Shown piece after piece: positions 1-13,160 of a stretch of 64,000 nucleotides of DNA. The stretch spans positions 112,964,001 to 113,028,000 of the forward strand of contig OX597823.1 in NCBI GenBank assembly GCA_951406725.2, written 5' to 3'. The notes below the pieces were generated by a model, which worked only from the letters and a program-made list of their open reading frames with translations, searched no databases and was not told the origin of the DNA. The stretch's first letter is position 1; every line of letters begins with the position of its first letter. The stretch is from Octopus vulgaris. Lineage: Eukaryota. Position numbers and translations under genes: made by a program.

Positions 1-160
1 GTAGCCATTAGAAGACTGACGAGAGAGAAATTGTTGAATCTGAGTTTGAATATCACCGCGTTAATGTCTGCCAAGGATAACCGTAGACAGCAAATGAATT
101 TCGGAGTGCTGATCTCCCAGTGGCACTAAATAATTTGGACATAGTATTTTTTAATGTGAT

Positions 161-420
161 GAAGGCGCGTGGCGTAGTGTTTACGATGTGGCACTGACGA
201 TCGGTAGATCGTGGGTTCGACTCCATGATTGAACCCGTTGTGTTCTTGAGCAAACCACTTCATTTCACATTGCTCAAGTCTACTTTCGATCAGGGGAGGA
301 TGTTGGCTTGCTCGCCTAGCGAGGTGACGTCCTTTGAAGGCTAAAACAATGCAAAAACACATTGTGATCAGCGATGTATAACAGCATCTACTAGCCTGGT
401 CGGTTAGGTGATCCCGTGAT
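161..420 (+). mobile_element. tRNA-derived SINE, chimeric (family C-like head, family D-like 3' tail)
   Basis: Starts GAAGGCGCGTGGCGTAGTG (A box) and has GGTTCGACTCC (B box). The middle TGTGTTCTTGAGCAAACCACTTCATTTCAC matches the element at 12328-12585. The 3' part TTTGAAGGCTAAAACAATGC...AGCCTGGTCGGT matches 14966-15271. Confidence 0.75.
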
Positions 421-443
421 TTGATAGTATGATTAAAGATTTT

Positions 444-625
444 TAATAGTATATTGTTCAAAACTGTTTAATAGTATATTGTTCAATAATAGTATATTGT
501 TTAATAGTATATTGTTCAATAATAGTATATTGTTTAATAGTATATTGTTCAATAATAGTATATTGTTTAATAGTATATTGTTCAATAATAGTATATTGTT
601 TAATAGTATATTGTTCAGAACTGTT
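444..625 (+). repeat. minisatellite, 33-bp higher-order unit (18+15 bp)
   Basis: TAATAGTATATTGTTCAA and TAATAGTATATTGTT alternate four times over 469-600. TAATAGTATATTGTTCA(A/G)AACTGTT lies at 444-468 and 601-625. Confidence 0.95.
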
Positions 626-1223
626 GATGGTTACCATTTTGTTTCCTTAATATGTGCAGTGATTGTGACTGGGGCGCTACTGGAGGTGACAATATTATCA
701 AATCGCCATTGACGAATATGTTTGACTGTTGTTTCTTGAGAAAGTGATGAGTGAACAGTGGTCACGATTGGAACAATTTAATCCTACATGTACATTATCC
801 GGACTATCCTTAGATTAAGCTCAAAACATACATGGCTTAATCAGCTCCCCTGAATTGCCGGGTTTTCTCTAAGTAAGAGGTTGTTACACTCATTATTCTA
901 ATTAAACTGATGGCTATGTGGTATGTCTGTATCTTGTCTCTGTAATTTAAAATTTCATGTCAGATCGCATTATTGAAGCGAGCACTGGTAAGACCCCCTT
1001 TGAACAAAGTTTTTATGGAGATGTTTTTACTCAATATTCTTTTATGCTGCACACACTCTCATAATTCCATACCTGAACTTCCTGACGAGTCGTTAATGCG
1101 ACATATCGAGGAGACATATTTGAAGACTTGATTTAGAGTGAAGATTTGTATAATCTGCATTGGATCAAGTATTGACTGGCGATTCGTCAATATGCATACG
1201 TGAACGTGTATGTGTGTGTGAGT

Positions 1224-1254
<31 letters not shown>

Positions 1255-1483
1255 CGTGCGTGTATGTACATGTGTGTGTATGACTTGACAGAACCTTCGG
1301 TTATGCCAGAGATGACAGTGTCATTCAAAGTGTGCACCATTTTTGCCCACTGCTATATTGCGAAGTTTCAAATCGTAGAGACTACAATTGGAGGCTGATC
1401 ATAAGAAGGCAGTTTAGCCAGATGACTGAATGTCACAAATTCTAATATCGCTTCCCCTAAAATTCAATAGAGTTGATGATATA

Positions 1484-1718
1484 TCTATTTCTTTACTACC
1501 CACAAGGGGCTAAACACAGATGGGACAAACAAGGACAGACAAAGGGATTAAGTCGATTACATCGACCCCCAGTGCGTAACTGGTACTTAATTTATCGACC
1601 CCGAAAAGATGAAAGGCAAAGTCGACCTCGGCGGAATTTAAACTTGGAACATAATGACAGACGAAATACGGCTACGCATTTCACCCGGCGTGCTAGCGTT
1701 TCTGCCAGGTCGCCACCC
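1484..1718 (-). mobile_element. SINE family A (tRNA-like head, Nin/Deu-like central domain, type-1 tail)
   Basis: Reverse complement of the 36990 and 57585 copies. TSD TAGAGTTGAT(G/A)ATATA at 1468-1483 and 1719-1734. Confidence 0.9.
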
Positions 1719-2108
1719 TAGAGTTGATAATATATTGGTTGATTTTCTTTATTGTTAAACTCCAAATTAGTCCTAAGCAAGGAACCCGTTTACTCTGTTT
1801 CAGTATGTCCCACGTTGGGTTTTGTTAGGCCCCAGATTATCCCTTATCAAGAAGACATGATAAAGAACGTAAATGCCATGATCATCCAGGTCTATTTTAT
1901 ATCCAAGACTACAATGTTCAAGGTATCATTTTCTTTTGATGGCTCACTTGCATTTACAGTGTAGTTTAAATGGTATTTATAGCACGGCGAACCAAAACGT
2001 TGAGGTTTCATCGGTTGTTATTCCGCTGTTTACCTCATGATCAAAATATTGATTACACTAGAGCAGAATATCTATTATGTCAGGATAAGTATATGGTAAC
2101 ACTCTAAT

Positions 2109-2748
2109 AGGCATGACGTAATCAATAAAATACTGTGAAAGAGGTTGGGAGGTTAGTTGAGTTTTTTTCTGCCTCAGTTGCTACAATGTATCAATGACAA
2201 ACGCATTTGAAGCATATTTATGCACGGTAAAGAAAGGTAATATAAGGTGGGTATGAAAGCAATATGTCAGACTGTAAACTTGCTGGATGGTCTGTTGGTT
2301 AATAATTCAACTCTGTTTTGTACAATTAGTCAGAAGAAACCAGAGTTTGTCGTCGTCCCGGATCATCACGCTGTTAGTGCTGGATCGTGTTTCAAAATAA
2401 AAAAATAAAACTAGGGATTCAATACACAAATCACCCACAAGTACATGGGTCCTTCATTAACATCAATGCAGAGAAACGAAAAGAGAAGAGGTACGAAAAA
2501 CTAATCGAAGAGTGCAGAGAACAGGGATGGAATGTCGGGTATTACCACCTGGCAGTGTGGGCTAGGGCTTCATTGAAAGTAAAATAACGCTATTCAACAG
2601 AAGATTTGTTTTTTCTAGCTCGGAGTTGGGAAAACTAATAAGGAGAGTACAGGAGGCGGTCGAAAAAGCTAGCTTTTATATATGGCTGAAGCGGGAAGAC
2701 CAAAAATGGCTTGAAAGTCATAACATGCTGGCGGTTATCACTAGGTGA
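2109..2748 (+). mobile_element. decayed 3' end of a restriction-like-endonuclease non-LTR retrotransposon (Hero/NeSL-like)
   Basis: Translations across frameshifts: RHDVINKIL (2109), AEKRKEKRYEKLIEECREQGWNVGYYHLAV, then GFIESK...VQEAVEKASFYIWLKREDQKW (ends 2709, stop 2746-2748). These match the RHD, K..KY..L...C...GW, RGF and ASFWIWLKR..W motifs of Hero-type C-termini. Confidence 0.8.
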
Positions 2749-3244
2749 GACAAGCTGACACTGAATCAGCTTAGCTGATTGACAGATGATGGTATCGTTT
2801 AGAGAATGCATGGGCTAAGACTACGTACATTCATTGGTCAATTAAAGTTGAGACAGGGTCACGTGACAAAGTTGAGACAGGGGCTGCTTGCTGGAGTCTA
2901 GCAGCAGGTATTTAAAAGGAAACAATTTGACAAGACAGTCAGTCACCGGCTGATACTCGCTGACGATACATCGAAGAGGCCAGGGAACAGAAGAAAGAAG
3001 AAGAAAGAAGACATGCACCCAACACCAGAGCTGAAGACACCTCCGAAAGGCGGGGCCGCGTCACGTCAAAACGGTAGAGGAGTAGGGTCCGAAACCGGAC
3101 GTGGTTTCTCCTGACGATGTCTTGAGCTAAATGGATCCTATAAAGGAGCTGTTGTATTAGCAGACCACGAAACACGGTTGAAATTCCTGTTATTGCTACC
3201 AACATCAGTCTAACGATTTCAGCAACAGTATTTCAAATAATTAA

Positions 3245-3461
3245 GGTTGCGAGCTGGCAGAATCGTTAGTATGTCGCGCAAAATGCTTTGCTCTATTTCA
3301 TCTGCATTCATGTTCCAAGTTCAAATTCCGCCAAGGTCGACTTTGCTTTCCATTCTTTCGGGCGTCAATAACATAAGTACCAGTTTATCTCTGTGGTCGA
3401 TGTAATCGACTTAAAATCTCACCAACTCCAAATTGCTGGCCTTGTGCTAAAATCTCAAACC
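3245..3461 (+). mobile_element. SINE family A', diverged, short type-2 tail
   Basis: GCGAGCTGGCAGAATCGTTAG head, GTTCAAATTCC B box, GTCGACTTTGC..AAGTACCAG domain, tail AAATTGCTGGCCTTGTGCTAAAAT. Confidence 0.8.
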
Positions 3462-3968
3462 AATATGTCAAATACTTGAGTGTACTGACATCGATCCACA
3501 CCTTGAACAATGACAGTTTTGACAGACTATAATAAAAACGAGGCTGCATGATCGACAGTCACCCTCCATACTGCCTCGCCTGGTCAGTATTAGAGAAGGA
3601 ATATTCTAGGATATAATTCTATATCAGGACTTGGTGAGAGGAAAATAAGAAAATGCATGAAAATTGTGAATTCGTTCACGAGGGTGCGTGAGTGCGTGTA
3701 TGTACGTGCGAACGTGTGAGCGTGAGTGTGTGTGTGTGTGTGTGCATATCTATGTATGTAAAACGAAATAGATATCAGTCAGTGTCGACGAAGAGTATTC
3801 AATCGTTCCACCAACTTCACTAGTTACAAAGTACATTATACCTACAGGGTATTCGAGATATGTTTACATAAAAGGGAAAACAAAACAACGATAATCCATC
3901 CAAAAAATGAAAGTATTTAAAAAGATATCAAAGAAATATCAACTAGACTATGACTGGGAGATAACAGT

Positions 3969-4875
3969 TTATCCAAAGTAGCCACCCTCAATTTCCACCA
4001 CGGCATCAAGATGGTTCCGGAATCTGGCACATGCTTACCTCACTATGTTCCTGAGAAGATCTTCGAACATCTCCATGATCTTAGCCACCAGCTCGGACTT
4101 GGTGTTGCAGGGACAGCGACTGGTGCCTATCTAAACCACGCACGACACATAGTAATTTATTGGATTAGAATCGGGGTAAGTAGGAGGCTATTGGGGCTGA
4201 AGAAGTCTTAGAGATTTTCCGACAACTATTTCTGTCACTTTCCTGAGGAATGACAAAATGTCGAAACCTGTTGCTCTACATGTGGCCATCCAGCAGCAAC
4301 CCAGGGATTGATCACAATTTCTCAGGGATTGATCACATCTAGGGATTGATCACAATTTCCAGCAACATTACATAGGAAACTGAAATAAGCCTGGGTCTCT
4401 GTTCATCGATGTGAGGATGAATATCGGCATGCGGACGCAATCAGATCACCTGCTCTGTCCTTTACAGTTGGATATGGTTTGCAGCTCTCCATGCCACGCT
4501 TTACAGCCTTCGCAGTGTTCACAGGACATTGAGCAGCAGCAATCTTAATTTTAATACCTATTTCTTTACTACCCACAAGGGGCTAAACACAGAGGGGACA
4601 AACAAGGACAGACACACGGATTAAGTTTATTATATATATCGACCCCAGTACGTAACTGGTACTTATTTAATCGACCCCGAAAGGATGAAAGGCAAAGTCG
4701 ACCTCGGCGGAATTTGAACTCAGAACGTAGAGACGGGAGAAATACCGCTGAGCATATCACCAGGCGTGCTAACGATTCTGCCAGCTCGCCGCCTTTCATA
4801 ATTTTAATACATGGTGTGAATCATCAGGATACTGGCAACTCTTTCCTGCTATTCAGATTGCTTCCAGTCCTCCAT
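3969..4875 (-). mobile_element. decayed Tc1/mariner (DD37D/maT-like) transposase, interrupted by a SINE
   Basis: Minus strand from 4190 reads *PPTYPDSNPINYYVSCVV*IGTSRCPCNTKSELVAKIMEMFEDLLRNIVR*ACARFRNHLDAVVEIEGGYFG* (stop 3969-3971), similar to WPPNSPDxNPLDY..W. A probable start codon lies at 4875. Confidence 0.7.
4558..4798 (-). mobile_element. SINE family A inserted into the transposase remnant
   Basis: Full family A sequence. TSD TAATTTTAATAC at 4546-4557 and 4799-4810. Confidence 0.9.
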
Positions 4876-5442
4876 GCCAGCTTCCTATTTCTTAACTACA
4901 ACGTAAAACTTCATATTCTCCAACGCCGTTGACTATTTACCAATAAACCAAGATGCTTCTGAATAAGGGAGACATAAAAAATTCATCAGAGTTAGCACAG
5001 CCGTACTGTAAGTGGGTGAGTATTCTTCGATCTCAAACACCTTTGACGTAATGTTCCGTCAGCACAAATGTAGCAAGGTGTGTGACCAGGATAGACGTTT
5101 GAAGAACGGTTGTATCAATCTGACGAGCATGCGCACAGTTGCCGTCTGATTAACTTAGCTTGTGCTAAAGTCATTGGTTAAAGACATTTACCCAAAATAC
5201 TTGGCAATCGGATTGAACGTTTAACCCCTGTTTGTGAAGGATACTAAAACATGGCATCACGTATCGCATATTTTCGTAATTTGTCGCATAAAATCTAGGC
5301 CGCATGAATATGTGCTTCTATACATTTTTTCATTCTGTAACAGTGGAAACTAATTTCAAATGAAATAAAATATTTAAAAAATCGCTTCTTCAAGTATTTC
5401 TTACTTTCTTTCGAATCTGTTCATCTGTTCTTTGTTCATGGA

Positions 5443-5770
<328 letters not shown>

Positions 5771-6239
5771 TTCGCTGTACGTATATATAAATATACATAC
5801 ATATATACATACATACATAATACATACATATATAATAGATACATAAAGGCATATATATATATACATGTATGTATATTTCATGGGCATACATACATATTAA
5901 TTATAATGCAAAAACAGCCGATCCCAAAAGTACAAGGCACACATGCGCACACATATGTGCTTACTTCCGCCGCATTACATATTCATATATTTGCACGCAA
6001 ACAGCAGTGCAGCTACGTGACATTGAATAAACTATCAGGCGCCATTTCTTGCAAGCATATTATGATATGTATATTTCTCTATTGATGTAGACGCAGGACT
6101 TGCTTATCATATACACACCACTTATCATATGTACGCCACTGATAATATATACAATACTTAAATTGTTTATGCAACTGAATCCCTAAATACACAATTACTG
6201 CTAGAATAATATCGTACCCGATAGTAAACGTATATAGTT

Positions 6240-6870
<631 letters not shown>

Positions 6871-7141
6871 GAACACGCAGATATATTGTTTAAGGTAGGA
6901 TACAATTATATTTCCTAAAGTCTTCCAGGCAATGAAATGCAATAGGATGCCACAACCTTAATAAACTGTCTCTCATGCATATACAGGCAGAGGATCAAGT
7001 ACTCCATTTTCTATTTCAATTCTTGAAATCTCTCTCTATATATAATAGGTTCAATCAACTCTTTTGTTTGTTATTTCTTTCTACACAATCTTATCAAAAT
7101 CAATTTGGCTTCCATTTTTCTATATCATTGGTAGCATCACA

Positions 7142-7306
7142 GGCGCAGGATTGGCTGTGTGGTAAGTAGTTTGCTTATCAACCACATGGTTCCGTGTTCA
7201 TTCCCACTGGGTGTGACCTTGGACAAGTGTCTTCTACTATAGCCTCGGTCCGACCAAAGCCTTGTGAGTGGATTTGGTAGACGGAAACTGAAAGATGCCC
7301 GTCGTA

Positions 7307-7391
<85 letters not shown>

Positions 7392-7603
7392 ATATGTTTG
7401 TGTGTCTGCGCTTGTCCACCCAACATTGCTTGACAACCAATGCTGGCGTGTGTAAGCTTCACTTAGCGGTTCGGCTAAAGAGGCCGATAGAATAAGTACT
7501 AGGCTTACAAAGAATAAGCCCTGGGACCGATTTGCTCGACTAAAGGCGGTGCTCCAGCATGTCCGCAGTCAGATGACTGAAACATGTAAAAGAGGAAAGA
7601 GAG
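7142..7603 (+). mobile_element. SINE family B with internal (TA)n
   Basis: GGCGCAGGATTGGCTGTGTGGTAAG head, CORE-like GTGACCTTGGACAAGTGTCTT, internal (TA)n at about 7305-7380, tail GACTGAAACATGTAAAAGAG. Short TSD ATCACA at 7136 and 7604. Homologous to the 42349 and 57957 copies. Confidence 0.9.
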
Positions 7604-7809
7604 ATCACAAGTCATGCTTTTCATGATGTATATTTATTTTCTTTGTTTCATACCTGGTATTTTATTATACTATCCCAAAATCTGATAAGCTGAGAGATTT
7701 GTGCTAAACTTCTAAATAATTTTACAAGAAATACATTTATTTTACAGAAAAAAAATGGAATATTACGTCTACACTGCTATAAGAGAAATTGTCGGTTAAA
7801 GAATTATAT

Positions 7810-8678
7810 AAAGGGTATGCCATTTTATATTTTTAATTTAGCGCATGTGCATTGTTTGTTTCTGATGTTGTCGACTACACAGTACAGTAGGGTCAGTTGG
7901 GCACCGTCTGTAAGAAAAACAGCATTATGATGCAACTCACTCTGCCAGAAATTTGGAAACGACATGCTGTACTGCCTGGCATTCGGATAGGAACGAACAT
8001 TTCAGAGTGTCTGGGTGTCAATCTGAGTACAGTGCAATCTGAGGCCGTGTACAGAGATTACAGTTCTATATTTAAGAGAGTGATAAAAGTCAAACATCCA
8101 GTCAACATCATGGTGTTTGGAGTGATCATTAGTGATAGCAACGTTATGCCTCAATTTCTCTTCCCACAGGGCCTCAGACACAACACAGAGCCTACATCAA
8201 GTGTCTGGTAAAGAGGGTTGCTGCTGGAAGACTATCTGTCTGGAAACAGGACTCTGTGCAGCCATGCCACACAGTCAGGAGAATCTTGTCACGACTGTCA
8301 GACAATTTCTGCAAACACATCACCCCTAACATCTGACGACCTAACTCCTCAGATTGCAATCCCTTTGATTATTATATGTGGGGCGCAGTTGAGCGAGAGA
8401 CCAACAAAACTCCTTGTAACACCAAAGATGAACTGAAAGGAAGGATTATGGCAGCATTCACCATCTTAAATAAAAGAAACCGTCCAGAAGATTTGCAGAA
8501 GATTTCAATGTCGTCTGGATGCCATGGTTGAAGCCCATGGCAATTTTCTGAATAAATTTACTGTTCAGTATTTCAAGGTATTTTAATGTAATTTTGGTAA
8601 ATATATCTGTTAAAATAAGGTGTCAGTGTTATTTTAACTTTTGCGTAATTTAGACGACAGTTTATTTACTGGACCCTG
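7810..8678 (+). mobile_element. internally deleted Tc1/mariner element (DD37D/maT-like transposase remnant)
   Basis: KHPVNIMVFGVIISDSNVMPQFLFPQGL, then WKQDSVQPCHT...*RPNSSDCNPFDYYMWGAVERETNKTPCNTKDELK. The two Asp codons at 8250 and 8367 are separated by 38 residues. The right end reads ...GGACCCTG followed by TA; the left end is uncertain. Confidence 0.8.
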
Positions 8679-8732
8679 TATTTTCCCTAATATACATACG
8701 CAGTACCTTTGAACTTTTACTTATTTAAATCA

Positions 8733-9160
8733 CTAGACTGCGGCCATGCTGTGGTGCCAGTTTGAAGAATTTTTGTCAGATAAATCGGCACAAGTACTTA
8801 TTTTCCCTTTAAGTTTGGTACTTAGTATATTGTTACTTTTGCCCAACCACTAAGTTCTGAGGACGTAACGAGACCACCGCTACTTGTCAAGCGGTGTGTT
8901 TGGAGATAGAGACAAAGACACATACGCACACACACTCACACGCTCGCACATTCACTCACACAGACACATAGACACCAACACACGCATCACGGACACACAC
9001 ATATCTATAACACGGGATCCTTTTAGTTTCTGTCTACCAAATACATTCAAAAGGTTTTGGTCAGTCCGGTGATATAGTAGAAGTCTCTTCACCAAGGTGG
9101 CGCATAATGGAATTGAACCCAAAATCACTTGGCTGGGAAGCAAACTTCTTAACACAGAGT
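8733..9160 (-). mobile_element. diverged SINE family B
   Basis: GACTGCGGCCATGCTG, TTGTCAAGCGG, an internal (CA) tract and GTTTCTGTCTACCAAAT are reverse complements of family B blocks. Confidence 0.7.
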
Positions 9161-9492
9161 TAAATCTGCCCCTACAAGTCAGGCATGCCACTACGTCTGT
9201 GCCTACGGCAAAACCGGTCTCGCAACTATTTCTATACCTGCAGCTACGCCTTGCACCAATATATATATATATATATCCGCTCGTCATTTGGACACATAAG
9301 ACAGCTAAAAACAACCACGTGGATTCTGTTGAGACCAGTAAGAAACAATTATGAACGTTTGTATTACACTTAACTTTTTAAAATATTTTTGATAAGGTTC
9401 GTTTTTTCAAGAAGAACCGAAACATGTAAAATTTCTAAAAAAATTAAAATTCATTTTATATAGTGGCGTTTTCAAACTTCTTTTTTATAAAT

Positions 9493-9496
<4 letters not shown>

Positions 9497-9527
<31 letters not shown>

Positions 9528-9537
9528 CATATATATA

Positions 9538-9610
<73 letters not shown>
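9497..9610 (+). repeat. (TA)n microsatellite
   Basis: Direct reading of the sequence. Confidence 0.97.
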
Positions 9611-9612
<2 letters not shown>

Positions 9613-10342
9613 CTAACTCTCTCTCATCCTTCCTCCCACCTGATAGCTGTGTGGATAATTGCGCAGGTGTAGGCACGCGTATATACGGGTGTGTTTGATT
9701 GTCTGAGTCTGTTTGCCAAGTAGTAGTAGTAGTAGTAGTAGTAGTAGAGATACGTAGTTACGCCATGTTATTCGCTAAACGAAATGTCCCTGCAGCAATG
9801 GACAGATTTGGCACACTTACAAACAATGGAACTGTCAAAATAGGATTTGAGTGTATTTAGGCAAAAGTAGTAAGTATTTCCTTTCAATTCATCAAAGCCG
9901 CAGGATAAAAAGACATTTCTTCACTTTTCTCTGTAGTCGTATTACTAAAAATCCTCGGGATTTTCACCGCTTGAAGATCCAACAAAATTCGATCATGTAA
10001 AAGCTATAGGATCCCTCAGGCTTAGTACGTTTATATATTCAAGATTTCTTTATATATTTCTAGAGACAATGGAACTGCATCAGGGACATTTCCCTATTTA
10101 ATGCATGCTTGATGCTCCGCCATTCTTTTACATAATGCAAAACCTACAAGTCTTTTAAAAAAATGTCACCGCTCTCCACGCTAATGCCCTTATCTCCACT
10201 CTCTAAACAACAGTAGAGTCAGTACACTCTAGGAGCAGTGTCTTGCAGGTGTTGCTATCAGAATGCAAATATATGAATGCATCATGGCTGATACTATAAA
10301 AATTTCGCCAGTCTACCATCCTACTGGTATCTTGCTTATCGA

Positions 10343-10581
10343 AAGGTGGCGAGCTAGCAGAACCGTTAGCACGCTGGGTGAAGTGCCAAGCAGTATTTCG
10401 TCTGCCGTTACGTTCTGAGTTCAAATTCCACCGATGTCGACTTTGCCTTTCATCCTTTCGGGGTCGATTAAATAAGTACCAGTTACGCACTGGTGTCGAT
10501 ATAATTGACTTAATCCGCTTGTCTGTCCTTGTGTATCCTCTCTGTGTTCGGCCTCTTGTGGGTAGTAAAGAAATAGGGATG
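10343..10581 (+). mobile_element. SINE family A
   Basis: Full copy. TSD TTGCTTATCGA at 10332-10342 and 10582-10592. Confidence 0.9.
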
Positions 10582-11679
10582 TTGCTTATCGAGTCCAGGA
10601 CGAACAAAGCAAAGCTGACTTTGGTGAGATGCGAAACTCAGAGACTGGAGAGTCAATATATTCTATCCAACTGTCATTTGACCATCTTCACTTGCATATA
10701 CATCTAAATTCCCACACATGCATATACCCATATTTATAAGTATATATATGCTTATGGTGGTATAGTTTTCATGAAGATACAAATAAATGCTTTCAATTAT
10801 ATTTTTACAACCAAAAGAAAGCAAATTATTAACAAGTGATAATGCTGGTCGATGGTTTGTAGTTTTATCTGGTATTTAATCATTTCAGCGTTGAGACCTT
10901 TTTCGGGAAATCTACGGAAAGCGGTGCTGTTAGCGGATAGAGAAGTCAACTCACAACGTCTTTTCTCCGAAGATTTTGTGAAGCACGGACTCTAAACAGA
11001 AATATTGAAATATCAAATGAAATTATAACCCAAAGATCTGCATAATTAATTTCTGATAACTTGCATTGTTTTGTCTTTAAATTTGATAATTAAACCATTT
11101 ATGTATGCCACGGAACGAAAAGAATTAAGAGGAGCTACTTAAGAAAAGAAGGAGGATTTGCGCATTTATAAATCATATTGTTGTCAGCGCAATAAATGAC
11201 AGAAAAAATCCAATAACAATTTATACAATACTTAGTTGAAAGATTGATATATAGCTGCTTATTTTTTATTACGCAATATTTTATCATAATTACTTTATAT
11301 AAAAATAATGTACATAAAATGTTATGGGGAATATACACAATGTTTTTCTTTGCATGATTAGATTCAATTTCATAGTAAATTTAAAAAAAAAACATTCTTT
11401 CTTTTTGTTTTCCTAAAATATTTCATTTCCAGTCACAATGAAATATTAAATGATTTTAAAATTTCTCTCCTGTAAATACTTTATATTTCTCTCTCTCTCT
11501 CCCTCCCCCTCTCTCTCCCTATATCCCTCCTTATTTCTCCCTCCCCCTCTCTCTCCTTCTTTCCCTCCTTCTTTTTCCCCTCTCCTCTCTCTCTCTCTCT
11601 TTCATTACCTCTTACTTCAACAAGCTTCTTACCCATGTGATTCCCTCTTGACTTCGTTAACTTTTCTCTGTCTCACTTC

Positions 11680-11880
11680 CACTAACCACGTGACAACGTA
11701 ATTAGTGGGAGAGGCTATCTGCTATCTCACTCCTCCTCCTCTCTCTCTCACTCTCACACTCCATTTCCCTTTCTCTCTCCCTCTCCTGCCTTTTCTCTCA
11801 CTCTCAGTCCACTTCTCATTCACTCCGAAATCACTCTCCAACAAACTAAAGCGTTGAGTGTGAACGAACGAACAAGCAAA
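11680..11880 (+). promoter_or_regulatory. candidate Pol II core promoter
   Basis: CT-rich tract at 11487-11600, E-box CACGTG at 11687-11692, Inr-like TCAGT at 11804-11808, followed by non-repetitive sequence. Confidence 0.25.
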
Positions 11881-12192
11881 ATTATAATTTAGATCTTTAT
11901 ATATGAAAATATAAATAATTTTTTCGCAAAATTACATTTTTGTTCGTCTATGGTTTTGTGAATTCTTTATTTTAAGCAGACAGTCAAGACTTCTTTAAAC
12001 TCGTTACCTCTTGGAATATATGGACATATACGTACACACATATACACACACATATATACTGAATCCAGGACAGACTGAATTCAATGGCGGTACGTTGCGA
12101 CTGTTTCGAATCTATTATTTACCTGTATTGAAGAAAAGAAGAGTTACAATACAAGAAGAATTAATGTACCAAATGTGCAATTTCAACGATCT

Positions 12193-12244
12193 ATGTCTGT
12201 TATGGTTTACTTTTGCATTATTTTTGCCTTAACCCTCGTGTGTA
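12193..12244 (+). CDS. candidate first coding exon encoding a signal peptide
   Basis: ATG at 12193 gives MSVMVYFCIIFALTLVC, followed by A|GTATGT, a phase-1 donor-like site at 12245. Confidence 0.3.
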
Positions 12245-12275
12245 GTATGTATGTATATATACATGTCTCTCTCTA

Positions 12276-12318
<43 letters not shown>

Positions 12319-12327
12319 GTATATATA

Positions 12328-12585
12328 TAAATAAATAAATGTGCCCTGTTAAAGCCTAGCCAGGCTCATGGGCCCGTTTTCCCGGTTTCAATGGCATATG
12401 TGGTCCCCAACTAGACGGGACGCCAGTCCATCGCAGCGTTACTCAGTTTTGCCAGCTGAGTGGACTGAAGCAACGTGAAATGAAGTGCTTTGCTCAAGAA
12501 CACAACGCGTCGCCCGATCTAGGAATCGAAACCACAATCTTACGACCATGATGCTCACACCCTAATCACTAAGCCACGCGCCTCC
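12328..12585 (-). mobile_element. SINE family C (tRNA head, CORE-like domain)
   Basis: Minus strand reads GGAGGCGCGTGGCTTAGTG...GTTTCGATTCC...TGTGTTCTTGAGCAAAGCACTTCATTTCAC...CCACTCAGCTGGC and ends in a (TTTA)n tail. Confidence 0.85.
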
Positions 12586-12964
12586 ACACACACACACACA
12601 CATATATACATATACACAAGTGAGTAGGTATGTATATGCTTGTAAGTGTGTAGCGGATATTTAATTAAGTGCACAAATGTGCGGAAAAAGGATACCGTAT
12701 TTGTTGGAACGATTGCCAGTTACCCAATACAATTTAGTTGTTCAATTCCGAATGTTAAAAGGGCCAAGCTAACCTTGGGTGGATTTGATCTGTGTAAATT
12801 AATCAATGTTCTCTGAAATTATTACTTTGTCTAAAACCTTTATTGTCATATTACTAAATATTTCTAATTGTGGAATTAGGCCAGTCATGTAGAAGAATTT
12901 AATGAATTTCTAACTCGTGTAATTAGTTGGTTTTTTTTTCTTTTATATTTTCTACACGTGATCA

Positions 12965-13160
12965 AGGCAATGAGCTGGCGGGATTGTTAGTATGCCGCAG
13001 AAAATGCTTAGCGTTCCGAGTTTAAATTCCGCCGAAGTCGGCTTTATCTTTCATACTTTCGGAGTCGATAAAGTAAGTTACCTGTTGCGCACTGAGGTTG
13101 ATATAATTGGCTTACCCTTCTCTGAACTTGCTGGCCTTGTGCTAAAATTTGATCTAATAT
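12965..13160 (+). mobile_element. diverged, internally deleted SINE family A'
   Basis: GAGCTGGCGG head, TTTAAATTCCGCCGAAGTCGGC, tail TTGCTGGCCTTGTGCTAAAATTTG. Confidence 0.7.

Noticed and set aside
444-625. CRISPR-like appearance of regular short repeats
   Set aside because: There are no unique spacers and no cas genes, and the context is eukaryotic; this is a minisatellite.
1078-1111. CTTC-CTGACGA-GTCG...CGAC-ATATC-GAGG, a hammerhead-like half
   Set aside because: Stems I and II are plausible, but the essential GAAA segment and stem III are missing; it may be chance or a deleted relic.
9781-10130. Possible RTE-like RT relic on the minus strand (SLEIYKE, LLHD, GENPEDF) and a 12-bp inverted repeat
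   Set aside because: The motifs are too short and disrupted to support a call without a profile search.
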